The position numbers were made by a program, and so were the translations under genes. Positions 9,356 through 18,746 of a DNA stretch of 64,000 nt are shown here, piece after piece. The stretch's first letter is position 1; each line of letters begins with the position of its first letter. Below the pieces are notes generated by a model, which was given only the letters and a program-made list of their open reading frames with translations, was not told where the DNA came from and did no database searches. Source of the DNA: Candidatus Poseidonia alphae (GTDB lineage Archaea > Thermoplasmatota > Poseidoniia > Poseidoniales > Poseidoniaceae); NCBI GenBank assembly GCA_002505405.1, contig DAVD01000012.1, positions 39,809-103,808 of the forward strand, read 5' to 3'.

Positions 9356-10429
9356 TCAAACCACCGCAGCGGGTTGTGTTAGGCTATTTTCGAAAAAGGA
9401 CACCAAATGCCCTCGGTAGGTTTCGGTTTGAGTCATCATCAGCGTGACGTGTGAAAGCACACCTGGCTCATCCCCATCTTGATGCGAAATTGAGGAATTG
9501 CCAAACCAGCACTCAACGAAACCGCCTTCCTTGACGTTGTTCTTTCCTGCATTACACATGGCATTGCCGTGGTGAATCTTGATGCGATAGTCGTCGTTTG
9601 ATTGCGTAATGAACATCGAGCGGTTTCCAATGTTTTCCGCACCAGATAACGGTTCAAATTTGACAAGGTTGTCCCCACTCTGGATTTTCCCAGCGAACAC
9701 TGCTGCATCCTTGAGGAAGGTGGGGAATCCGGCAAACTCCAATTCTTCGGATATGATCCGATCCATAGAGGAGAACGGGGAGTCCAAGAATACCGCCTCA
9801 ATGTCCCGCTCTTGGTCAAAAGCGATGGCGGTTGTTCCTGCTCCAAGAGAAATTCCCATAATTCCGATTGAAGGGGCAGGCACACCTTTCTCCTCCTGTA
9901 GCCACGACCAAACAGCAAGAACATCCCGGTACTCTCGTTGCCCTGCTGAAACCAGCCCGTCTTCTACGGTACTGTCACCATGGTCCCTCAAATCAAAAAG
10001 AATGACGTTGAAATTCGCTTGATGCAGCATGGCTGCAGGAATCAATACCTCGTGATTGGCCTTACAGGAACGAATACCATGAACGAGAATAACCCAGGGC
10101 TGTGATGCATTGGTTTCCATGACCCAGGCGGCCAAGGTAATCGGTTCATCGGGCACATCAATCGTAGCGTTATCCCATTGGTCAAACCAAAACGATTCCA
10201 TGTCCGAGGCAATCGTAGCATTCTTTTCCATCATCCCTTCTTCCAAACCTTCGTCCCAAAGATGCGGAGTAAAGTTGTCCGGGGTATTGTACGGCGCATG
10301 GTCGGAACATTCCAGATTGCTTGCTGCAGCCTGTGTGTAAACCAGACTCCCAAGTTGATAATACACAACAGGCATGCTGCATATGAGCAAAATAAGTATG
10401 GCGGGTATGCTTCTCTTCCATCGACTCAT
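9356..10429 (-). CDS. Membrane-anchored or secreted alpha/beta hydrolase
   Basis: N-terminal hydrophobic helix, VHG, DLRDHGDS, GISLG nucleophile elbow. Confidence 0.85.
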   Translation of the reverse strand: MSRWKRSIPAILILLICSMPVVYYQLGSLVYTQAAASNLECSDHAPYNTPDNFTPHLWDEGLEEGMMEKNATIASDMESFWFDQWDNATIDVPDEPITLAAWVMETNASQPWVILVHGIRSCKANHEVLIPAAMLHQANFNVILFDLRDHGDSTVEDGLVSAGQREYRDVLAVWSWLQEEKGVPAPSIGIMGISLGAGTTAIAFDQERDIEAVFLDSPFSSMDRIISEELEFAGFPTFLKDAAVFAGKIQSGDNLVKFEPLSGAENIGNRSMFITQSNDDYRIKIHHGNAMCNAGKNNVKEGGFVECWFGNSSISHQDGDEPGVLSHVTLMMTQTETYRGHLVSFFENSLTQPAAVV

Positions 10430-11286
10430 TCTTCTTCATCTCCTTTAGGGTGAAACATCACGGTTGAACCGGCTTGAACAAATGCGCCCTTCGGCTGAGA
10501 AGAATCCTTTGATTCGGCGGAAATAAGGTCGCAGGAGAAACGGTTTGCTGGGACTCGAACGTCCACTCGTGAGCCGAGGCGTATCATTCCGATGCGTTGA
10601 CCGCGTCGGACGGGCGCGCCCTCTCCGACCCAAGGGATGACCGTCCGTGCTAATGCCCCAGATATCTGCGTCATCTCAATCAACGTATCATCCTCTAAGC
10701 GGTACACGGAACGAACCCGTTCATTGTATTGACTCTCTTTTTTGAAGGCAAAGGCGAAAGGTCCGCGCTTCAGGCCTTTTCCCGTGCGATGTTCCAGGCG
10801 CTCCAAGGTACCTTTCGCTGGAGCGCGATTCACGTGGACATCAAGAGGCGACATGAACACGGCTACTCTAATCACGTCCAAGTCGTGTTCTTCGCCTTTT
10901 TCCACAGCCTCATACCGCTGTTCCGTAGAAAAGGTCAGCGGTTCTTGAAGGGGTTCGGGATACCAATCTCCGGTGAGTGAATCGGACTCAATCGGTCCTT
11001 GTTCGCGTTCAGCCTTAGAAGGTCGGCGTCCTGTTGCTCGCTCTCTGCGGACAAACATAACGTGCCCGTCGGCTGGAGAGACCAAGACCCCTTCTTCCTT
11101 GGGTATCGGTCGGTCAGGGTCGCGCCAGAAATTGACGAGAAAAGCTGCAAACATCAGGCATGAGATTCCAAAAAGAGGGACCAGCCCAAGAATTGGGTCG
11201 ATGAACGCCCCTACAAACAGAGCGCTTACGCCCATTGCAGTCATCATGAATACCGGGCCGTGGCCGCCGTGGGCCAAACCAGCCAT
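10426..11286 (-). CDS. psd: Phosphatidylserine (archaetidylserine) decarboxylase proenzyme
   Basis: FWRDPDR, SPADG, FMSPLDVHVNRAP, NER, RLGSRVD cleavage motif. Confidence 0.9.
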   Translation of the reverse strand: MAGLAHGGHGPVFMMTAMGVSALFVGAFIDPILGLVPLFGISCLMFAAFLVNFWRDPDRPIPKEEGVLVSPADGHVMFVRRERATGRRPSKAEREQGPIESDSLTGDWYPEPLQEPLTFSTEQRYEAVEKGEEHDLDVIRVAVFMSPLDVHVNRAPAKGTLERLEHRTGKGLKRGPFAFAFKKESQYNERVRSVYRLEDDTLIEMTQISGALARTVIPWVGEGAPVRRGQRIGMIRLGSRVDVRVPANRFSCDLISAESKDSSQPKGAFVQAGSTVMFHPKGDEEE

Positions 11287-11294
11287 GTCAACAC

Positions 11295-12056
11295 CTACTG
11301 TCCAGACCAGGGGTCTTCGCCATCGCCCCAAGATGCCGCTGGAGCAGCCTCAGTAGATTCGTCCTCTTCTGCAGCCTCTTCTTCGGGGGCTTCCTCTTCA
11401 GGAGATTCTTCTGGTGCTGGCTCAACAACTTCAATCGATGATGTTGCTTCGCTCGCTGCTTCTGCTTCCGCCTCTTGGGTGGCCATTTCCTCGGTTCGCG
11501 CTTGGACCATTTCGTCCATGCGGTCGTTGAACGCTCTCGACATGTGTTGGGACTTGCGCTCGGTCTCAACGGCACGCTCAATCATTTCATAGCGTTCTTT
11601 GATGGCCTTGTTCAAGTCTTCAAAGATTTGCATGTGAGCAACATACCAGTCGTCACGAGATTTCATTTCAGTAACAGCAAGACGCAGATCGTTGTCAAGT
11701 TCTTCTGCAATGCCGAACACCTTGCCCAAGCGGTCTTTTTCTCGAGAGTATTTCTCTTCCATCTTGTCAAGTTCAGGTTCCAAGTGTTCAACACGCTTGG
11801 AAGCCTTGGTAGCCTTCATCTCCAATTCTCGAACTCGAACTTCCTTCTGAGAAATGATTGATTCAAGAGATTCTTTATCGATTTCTCGGTCAATGATTTC
11901 CTTTTCTAGAACTTCAATTTCAGCACGTGCGTCAACCAAGTCTTTCTCTTGGGTTTCGTATGCAGCAAACAATTTCTGAAGACGGTCTGTCTCGGTTGCA
12001 AGGGAGTCTTGCAATTGTTGAATTTGTACCTCTGGCGTGATGGTTCCTTCAGTCAT
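11295..12056 (-). CDS. Long coiled-coil protein with an acidic tail
   Basis: Heptad E/K/L-rich helix of about 190 aa; tail ends WGDGEDPWSGQ. Confidence 0.75.
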   Translation of the reverse strand: MTEGTITPEVQIQQLQDSLATETDRLQKLFAAYETQEKDLVDARAEIEVLEKEIIDREIDKESLESIISQKEVRVRELEMKATKASKRVEHLEPELDKMEEKYSREKDRLGKVFGIAEELDNDLRLAVTEMKSRDDWYVAHMQIFEDLNKAIKERYEMIERAVETERKSQHMSRAFNDRMDEMVQARTEEMATQEAEAEAASEATSSIEVVEPAPEESPEEEAPEEEAAEEDESTEAAPAASWGDGEDPWSGQ

Positions 12057-12158
12057 CTTCTCACCCGGAGGCAAGCCTCCATTCTCTCCGAGTCCTCTCC
12101 TCCCTATCAAGCCGACGCTTGTACGGGTCCAGAAATATGGGGCTTGTGGGGTTTTTAC

Positions 12159-13121
12159 TCAGCGGAGAGCATCGGTGGCTGCAACCAACTCTCTGGCAAT
12201 GCTGACTTCTCCCATTGAATGTCCTGCGTCAGGTACGATGGTCAAGGTGCTGTTGGGTAGGGCTTGGTGCAATTCCCAAGCGCTACGAGCAGGACACACA
12301 ACGTCATACCGCCCTTGTACAATGACCGTTGGAATCGATTGAATAAGGGACACATGGTTCAAAATATGCGCTTCTTCAAGGAAAATTCCGTTGATGAAGT
12401 AGTGGCATTCAATGCGAGCAAATGCGACTGCAAAGTCAAGGTCTTCTGCTTTCTCAAGATAACTTGGGTCGGGGAACAAACGGCTGGTCGCCATCTCCCA
12501 TCGCGTCCACTCCTTGGCTGCAGCGCGACGAATCGCTCCGTCTGGACTGGTAAGTCGCTGATAATATGCCTTGATCAAATCGCTCTGTTCCTCCAAGGGA
12601 ATGTGGTCCCGATACGGAGCAAATGCGTCAGGGAAGATGTGGCTCGCACCATCTTGATAGAACCACTGAAGTTCACTTTTCCTGCACATGAAAATTCCGC
12701 GCAGAATCAAACTTTCAACTCTATTTGGATGCTCCTGGGCATAAATCAACGAAAGAGTCGAACCCCACGAACCTCCAAACACATGCCATGATTCAATTCC
12801 CAAATGTTGCCGCAACGTCTCAATATCTGCCACGGATGCTTGGGTTGTATTGTCTTCGAGTTCAGCGTGAGGCGTTGATTGGCCGCATCCGCGTTGGTCA
12901 AATTGAACGATGTTGTAGGCACCGGGGTCAAAATATTGACGGTACGATGGCTGCCCACCTCCGCCAGGACCGCCATGTATGACGACGACAGGAATTCCAT
13001 CGGCATTTCCACTTGCCTCCCATGCAATGGTATGGAGGTCAGTAACGGATAACGTTCCTTTTTGATAAGGTTCACAGGGTGAGTAAAGAACGTCGCTAAG
13101 CGTGGTCACGGTGTCAAGCAT
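12159..13121 (-). CDS. pip: Proline iminopeptidase (S33)
   Basis: HGGPG, FDQRGCG, GGSWG, GRYD, DAGH. Confidence 0.95.
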   Translation of the reverse strand: MLDTVTTLSDVLYSPCEPYQKGTLSVTDLHTIAWEASGNADGIPVVVIHGGPGGGGQPSYRQYFDPGAYNIVQFDQRGCGQSTPHAELEDNTTQASVADIETLRQHLGIESWHVFGGSWGSTLSLIYAQEHPNRVESLILRGIFMCRKSELQWFYQDGASHIFPDAFAPYRDHIPLEEQSDLIKAYYQRLTSPDGAIRRAAAKEWTRWEMATSRLFPDPSYLEKAEDLDFAVAFARIECHYFINGIFLEEAHILNHVSLIQSIPTVIVQGRYDVVCPARSAWELHQALPNSTLTIVPDAGHSMGEVSIARELVAATDALR

Positions 13122-13198
13122 GAACTTCCCAAGGAGAGGTGATGAATGTTCTTTTCGTCATGGACACCTTCAAAGACAGGGTTCCTCCAACCTCCATC

Positions 13199-13828
13199 AT
13201 GGACCAAAGGAAAGCGACCGATGTCTTTCATGAGTGGGCTGAAAAAGGCAAGGACATCGGCATGGAAAAAGGCCATGCTGCAAGCGTAGATGTCATGCTA
13301 AATCTTCTTCTTGACAACGTATCAATGCCGTTTTCTGCCGTCGATATTGGTTGTGGAAATGGATGGGTCGTTCGACAACTTTCCAGTCATGAACACTGTA
13401 CCAACGCGTCAGGAGTTGACGGAGCCGTAGCTATGATTGAAAAAGCGAATGGAATCGACCCTAATGGAAGTTATCATCACGGCCAACTTCCTGATTGGAA
13501 ACCCGAGCAACCCGTCGACCTGGTCCACAGCATGGAATGTTTGTACTACCTGCATGACCCGTTGAACTTTCTTCAAATCATACATGATGACTGGATGAGG
13601 GCAGAAGGCAAACTTGTGATTGGGATGGACCATTACGAGGAAAACCCGGCCAGTCATGATTGGCCCAAGTCCCTCAACGTGCACATGACAACCCTCTCGA
13701 TCCAGGCATGGTTGCAAGGAATGAGAGACGCAGGATTTGAGAACGTAAGTGCGATTCAAACCGGAGCGAAGGAAGACTGGGCGGGAACGCTTGTACTGTC
13801 CGGGACTAAGCCTCAGCGTCCTCAATGA
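13199..13828 (+). CDS. Class I SAM-dependent methyltransferase
   Basis: VDIGCGNGW motif I, GVD, SMECLYY. Confidence 0.85.
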   Translation: MDQRKATDVFHEWAEKGKDIGMEKGHAASVDVMLNLLLDNVSMPFSAVDIGCGNGWVVRQLSSHEHCTNASGVDGAVAMIEKANGIDPNGSYHHGQLPDWKPEQPVDLVHSMECLYYLHDPLNFLQIIHDDWMRAEGKLVIGMDHYEENPASHDWPKSLNVHMTTLSIQAWLQGMRDAGFENVSAIQTGAKEDWAGTLVLSGTKPQRPQ

Positions 13829-16800
13829 AGCCGAGCACTTCGCCCTTTGGACCGCAGCGTCGAACATCGCCTTTGTAGTACGGGCAGCCTGCGCAAACGG
13901 TGGAATCTGAATCCAAACGCTCGGGTTCATCACTGCCGTTCGTGAGGTGCATCATGGTGCGCCAGTGGAGATGTTGGTCAAGGTCAGCCTTTGCAAACAC
14001 AAACTCTTCTTCAGTCATTTGTACAATACGTCCGTTTGCACCCAACAGCAGTGATGGCGGAAGTATGCGTCGGCGCTCTTCCTTTGGCTTAAGCTGTTCA
14101 ATCGCTTCAAGAGCGACGGAGTAAAGTGTCAATTGAAGGCGATGTTCGTGGAGAATCTCGGCTTCTGCTTCGGATTGCGGGAACGGGTTCGTGGTTTCAG
14201 GACCGACCGCTTGTAAAACATGGCCTTTCTCTGCAAGAGTTGGGTTAAACGGAGCCATGCATCCTTTGGTTTTCAGGTCAACCACTTGGAGGCATCCTCG
14301 GCCGCCTTCATCAACAAGCGCCAACACCAAGTCAGCACGTCCGTTGAAATCCATATCGACTTGTTCAATGGTTGCTTGCTCAACGGGGCCCTTAGGTGAA
14401 AACCGACTCCGTTTGAACGAATCGACTGAAATCGGATACGAATGGATGAACGGGAGTTCGGTTCGAACCGCTTCAACCCTGAATCCGTGGAGGGATTCTC
14501 CTGCTACCCACTGTCCAAGAAGGCCAGCATCAATGAGCGAACTCAAATGGAGCATGCGTTCCCTCCATTGATATTCTGTACTGTCCTTCCGTTGAGTTTC
14601 ACCGTATCCGAATTCGGCCATGACCCTTCCAACTGTAATTTCAGAGGCAAGCGCCCCTTCGCTGGCATGATGCCAGTCTTGGGGTAACTTCGGAGTACTG
14701 CTCGAGAATTGAAGGGGGTTACGGAGTCCAATCTCTACAATTCGGTGCATCATCAATCCAAATTCAGTCGGCAGAGGCCATCGCTTCTTCTTGGGTTTTG
14801 TGAGCCCCTTTGGAATTGTAAACGGTTCGGATGCCCATCCTTTCATGTGCTCCAACCAATACCTTCGGGGACAAGCGTCTGTAGCATCCAAGTGGTGGGC
14901 TGCGCCTTTGAGCGTCTCTCGCAAAGGTTGGAGCACGACCTCGTTCTTGTCGGCAACCAACGTTGTTGCATCAAGGTGCTCATCGAGCATTCGGAGACGT
15001 TGTTGAGGGGATGGCGGTGTCGGTTGATGAAAGCAATCGGGATGGTGATAGAGCCGGATTCCTGAAACGCCCTCTTCACCCAGAGGATTGTTTTCCAAAA
15101 GGATGGCTGGGTTGAGGGAGACGGGTGCTTTGGAAGAGGTGTATGGAGGGAGTGAATGGGCTCCTGCATCCCCTGGCAAGAGCCACGGGCTGTCTTCATC
15201 ACCAGCACACCAAGACGCACGTCGTAATCCTTCCACCCACATCCGCCCCATGGTCCTCGGGTCGGGTTTTACAGTGAGGGAGAGTTCTCCGGATTCGGTA
15301 TTGAAGGTCGAGGTATCGGTAGGCCTACCGGTGACGATGAGGCGGTCCTTTACACGGGTGAGGGCAACGTAGAATTTTCTTCGCAGTTCCGCCTTGTCCT
15401 GGGCGGTGTTCATTTGACTTGCAAATGCCCAGAGGCCGTCTACAGGGCGAGCGTGAGCATGCCAGGGTTGAATCCTTCCAGCGACAACTTGTGGCGTAAC
15501 CAATACATTGTCTTTTACCGAGGTCGTAACGTCGGCCATACCCGCTGTAAAGATGCCTGAAACAGCCACAACTGGGGCTTGAAGTCCCTTTGCACCGTGA
15601 ATCGTCATGATTTGTACGGCGGCTTTCGTAGGCTTACTGATGGCTTGCGGACCCCTCTTTTCAAGTCCAATCAATTCGTTTAAGCGCCGGTAAATTGCCG
15701 TAACTGAATGGCCTGTTTCATTTCCGATGCTATGAATCATGCCAAGCCATGCCTCTGCATGTTGACGCTGGGAGTCTTCACTGTACGCAACGAGAAGGTC
15801 GGAATGATCGAGCACCGCATCCAACACGTCATAGATAGCCCCCAAAGATGCGAGGTGATGAAGGTGGTTGAGTAAGGCCTCTATCGCATCGTTCGGTGCA
15901 TGTTCAAGAAGAGCATCCCATGCTGTACGCTCTTCAGCGAGACGATAAAAAGCGGCATGAACTTGAGATTCACTCATTCCAACAACAGCGGAGCGGGCCA
16001 ACTCAATGCCCGCTTTCCGAGAATGGGGATGCGCCACAAGTTCCAACACCGCCATCAAGGGCTGAACAACCGGTTGCATAAGCAACAATCCTTGCCGGTC
16101 GGCCATGACGGGAATCCCTCGCGCCCGCAAGCGTTCAAGCAGGTCCGGCAGGTGCCTCCGTGAATTGATCAAAATCATGACGTCCTCCGGGCGGACTTCG
16201 GGTCCGGTCTCTGCGATCTCTTTCCAATCCGCTTCAGATGAATTCCATACGCGGGAACCCTCTCCATTCAGCAACGAATGGAGGCGGGTTGCAAGCAATT
16301 CATGTTCAAGTTGGACATTGGAGGCGTTTGGGTTCTCAAAGGTGTTGAGTGGAATATCAAGGTCATACGAAGCATGTTGAAGCGCTCCTTGTATGGGGAG
16401 AAGCCACTCCAATACCCCTGGCTCTTCACTCGCTCTTGCAGGATGCAAACGCTGGGCTTCAGCATGCCAGTCGCCAGGTAATGCATGATGACGAGGAGAA
16501 AATACTTCGTCGAAGATGTCATTCATCGATTCCATCAAACTTGGCCGAGTACGATGGTTTGAGGTCAAATCAATGTGCCCTTCCTGTCTCCGCTCAAGCC
16601 GCTCACCCGTGATGGTTGAGGTGGTCTGTCCATCCTCCCATGCATAGGGGACGTAGCTGTGTGGGGCTGAACCTTCCGCATCATGTTCATTGGTGTACGA
16701 GCCTGTTTCCCCTCCGGCCCCAATTGGTCGCGGGTCCCTTCCTTCTCCGTTTTTGCGCAGATGGTTGAGGCTGGTTTCATCGGCTTCAATTCTGTTGCAA

Positions 16801-18746
16801 TCACGCACGGCAGCAACCGCTCGTCGCATGACTGATACCTCTGCTTGTCTGAAGCGATAGATGCTTTGTTTCATGTCACCAACGATGCAAACCGTTGGGT
16901 CCCAATATCCTCTGGGCCTTGGTGGGTCGTCACCATAACGCGCTCTCCGACCCCACAACCGTGCAAGCAATCGGTAGTGTGATGGATTTGTGTCCTGATA
17001 TTCGTCGATGATGAAGGCTCGGAACTGACGTCGCAATTCCCCTAATACCGCAAATCTCCGGTGAAGGTCGTCTTGGAGATCCGGTTGGTCGTTGAGCAGT
17101 GTTAACGCCCGGGAGACGTGTTCATCGCTCCATGGATTGTCGCCTAACCCGTCCAACGCGTCAATCACTTCTGGAGGGTAGCGGTGACGGCAGACATCCG
17201 GACATCGGGCAAGAAGAAGGTCGGCTGCAAAGCGTTGAATGTCATCGAAATCATGCATGCCTTCGAGCGATTTGCGGCGAGCAAGAATTTGATGGCATCC
17301 TCGATGAACCGTGATGAGGTCGCTGAGAATTTCCATTTGTAAATCAGCAGAGACATAGGTCCCTCCTTCAACCGGCGTCGGCCCAATGGAGGGGGGGAGC
17401 GGGACAAGCCGGAGGGGGGAGTCAAGAGGCATTCCATCATAACCGTCCCCGGGGTTGAGTAAGAAAGCGGATTCAGCCAAGAGGCGAATCAAGATGCCCA
17501 GCGGTGAGTGAAGTTCGTTTTTCAGTTCGTCTTGCAAGGCCACGCTTGCGGAAAACAACGCGTCCTTATCGGTCCCTTTCATTCCTTTTACCTTCCCTTT
17601 CGCCAGCAATCCACCATGCCATTTATCCGTTGAGGGGAGATTGTTGCGGGGGAAAAACGTGCATGGGTTTTTGTTGAGTCCTGAAGAACCCGCCATGCCG
17701 ATCATGGCTTTCCACATCCAGACCAATTGGTCCGCAGGCCGGTCGGGAAGCGGGGCACTAACCAAACGGGCAAGATGGTTGAAGCGGGTGAGGACGGTGT
17801 CGTGCTCTTCTTCAATGGGTTCAGCGCATTGTTCTGTATAAGGCAAGAACAGACTGACCCAATTGTGCAAAAGTGGTGCGAAATGATTGATGAAGCCAGG
17901 AAGTTCGGCAGCAATGGGTTGTGCGACCATGTCCAGAAGAAGCGAGACCGGAGCAGGTCCTCGGCCGCTCCATGAGATGCCCAAATCTTGAGCCCGCTGA
18001 ATCATCGAACGGTGAGATTGCTCTACGAAAAGAGATGTGTTGAGAAGTCCATTGAGGACCACTTCCGCAGGCTCTTGCCCTCCCAATCGCGTGACCAGCC
18101 GGTTGCGAGATTGAATGAATTCATGTTGGTGATTGAGCACACCGGCATCCGAGGCATCGTCTGTCGTGCGTATTCGCCAGACAGCATGCATTGTATCGCG
18201 AAGCATGAGCGGTGCTCGTTCTTCGGGAACTTGGTCGCTTGCTGAGTAAAGGGTGACGGTGTCGATGTACGGTCGCACCAACCGGTTGAGGAAGGCGTCA
18301 ATGGTTGAAATTGGAGCCTCATCGAGGCTTGACAAGAGCATTTCAACATCTGCGTCATCTCGGAGTCTCGGGTCAAATATTCCTTCGATATCTTCTTCCT
18401 TAGGAGGTTGAGCACGGCTTTGAGCAAGACGATGGCGTATTCGAGCCTTGAGTTCAGCCGCAGCTTTTCTGGTAAAGGTGATGGCGACGACTTCGGACGG
18501 CAAGAGGCCGTTCCAATCCTCAACCTCTGTGCGTTCCCTCTTCGGAGCGCGTAAGGAGCCGTGCCCGGAAAGTGGGACTCGTGGACCCGGAGGAGTCAGG
18601 TGAGTTGCCCGTTGATCGTGAGCCAACAAATGTTGAACGTAGCGCTCAGCCATGACGGTTGTTTTACCCGTACCCGCTCCTGCGTCTAGGGCAATGTGTT
18701 TGTCCAAATCAAGACCAAGTCGCTGGCTGTTGTTGAAGTCAACCAT
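13806..18746 (-). CDS. addA: UvrD/SF1A helicase-nuclease, AddA-like
   Basis: AGAGTGKT, ITFTRKAA, IDEYQDT, VGDMKQSIYRFRQA, TIHGAKG, YVALTR; C-terminal GRAD...DLKT nuclease with Cys residues. Confidence 0.85.
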   Translation of the reverse strand: MVDFNNSQRLGLDLDKHIALDAGAGTGKTTVMAERYVQHLLAHDQRATHLTPPGPRVPLSGHGSLRAPKRERTEVEDWNGLLPSEVVAITFTRKAAAELKARIRHRLAQSRAQPPKEEDIEGIFDPRLRDDADVEMLLSSLDEAPISTIDAFLNRLVRPYIDTVTLYSASDQVPEERAPLMLRDTMHAVWRIRTTDDASDAGVLNHQHEFIQSRNRLVTRLGGQEPAEVVLNGLLNTSLFVEQSHRSMIQRAQDLGISWSGRGPAPVSLLLDMVAQPIAAELPGFINHFAPLLHNWVSLFLPYTEQCAEPIEEEHDTVLTRFNHLARLVSAPLPDRPADQLVWMWKAMIGMAGSSGLNKNPCTFFPRNNLPSTDKWHGGLLAKGKVKGMKGTDKDALFSASVALQDELKNELHSPLGILIRLLAESAFLLNPGDGYDGMPLDSPLRLVPLPPSIGPTPVEGGTYVSADLQMEILSDLITVHRGCHQILARRKSLEGMHDFDDIQRFAADLLLARCPDVCRHRYPPEVIDALDGLGDNPWSDEHVSRALTLLNDQPDLQDDLHRRFAVLGELRRQFRAFIIDEYQDTNPSHYRLLARLWGRRARYGDDPPRPRGYWDPTVCIVGDMKQSIYRFRQAEVSVMRRAVAAVRDCNRIEADETSLNHLRKNGEGRDPRPIGAGGETGSYTNEHDAEGSAPHSYVPYAWEDGQTTSTITGERLERRQEGHIDLTSNHRTRPSLMESMNDIFDEVFSPRHHALPGDWHAEAQRLHPARASEEPGVLEWLLPIQGALQHASYDLDIPLNTFENPNASNVQLEHELLATRLHSLLNGEGSRVWNSSEADWKEIAETGPEVRPEDVMILINSRRHLPDLLERLRARGIPVMADRQGLLLMQPVVQPLMAVLELVAHPHSRKAGIELARSAVVGMSESQVHAAFYRLAEERTAWDALLEHAPNDAIEALLNHLHHLASLGAIYDVLDAVLDHSDLLVAYSEDSQRQHAEAWLGMIHSIGNETGHSVTAIYRRLNELIGLEKRGPQAISKPTKAAVQIMTIHGAKGLQAPVVAVSGIFTAGMADVTTSVKDNVLVTPQVVAGRIQPWHAHARPVDGLWAFASQMNTAQDKAELRRKFYVALTRVKDRLIVTGRPTDTSTFNTESGELSLTVKPDPRTMGRMWVEGLRRASWCAGDEDSPWLLPGDAGAHSLPPYTSSKAPVSLNPAILLENNPLGEEGVSGIRLYHHPDCFHQPTPPSPQQRLRMLDEHLDATTLVADKNEVVLQPLRETLKGAAHHLDATDACPRRYWLEHMKGWASEPFTIPKGLTKPKKKRWPLPTEFGLMMHRIVEIGLRNPLQFSSSTPKLPQDWHHASEGALASEITVGRVMAEFGYGETQRKDSTEYQWRERMLHLSSLIDAGLLGQWVAGESLHGFRVEAVRTELPFIHSYPISVDSFKRSRFSPKGPVEQATIEQVDMDFNGRADLVLALVDEGGRGCLQVVDLKTKGCMAPFNPTLAEKGHVLQAVGPETTNPFPQSEAEAEILHEHRLQLTLYSVALEAIEQLKPKEERRRILPPSLLLGANGRIVQMTEEEFVFAKADLDQHLHWRTMMHLTNGSDEPERLDSDSTVCAGCPYYKGDVRRCGPKGEVLGFIEDAEA

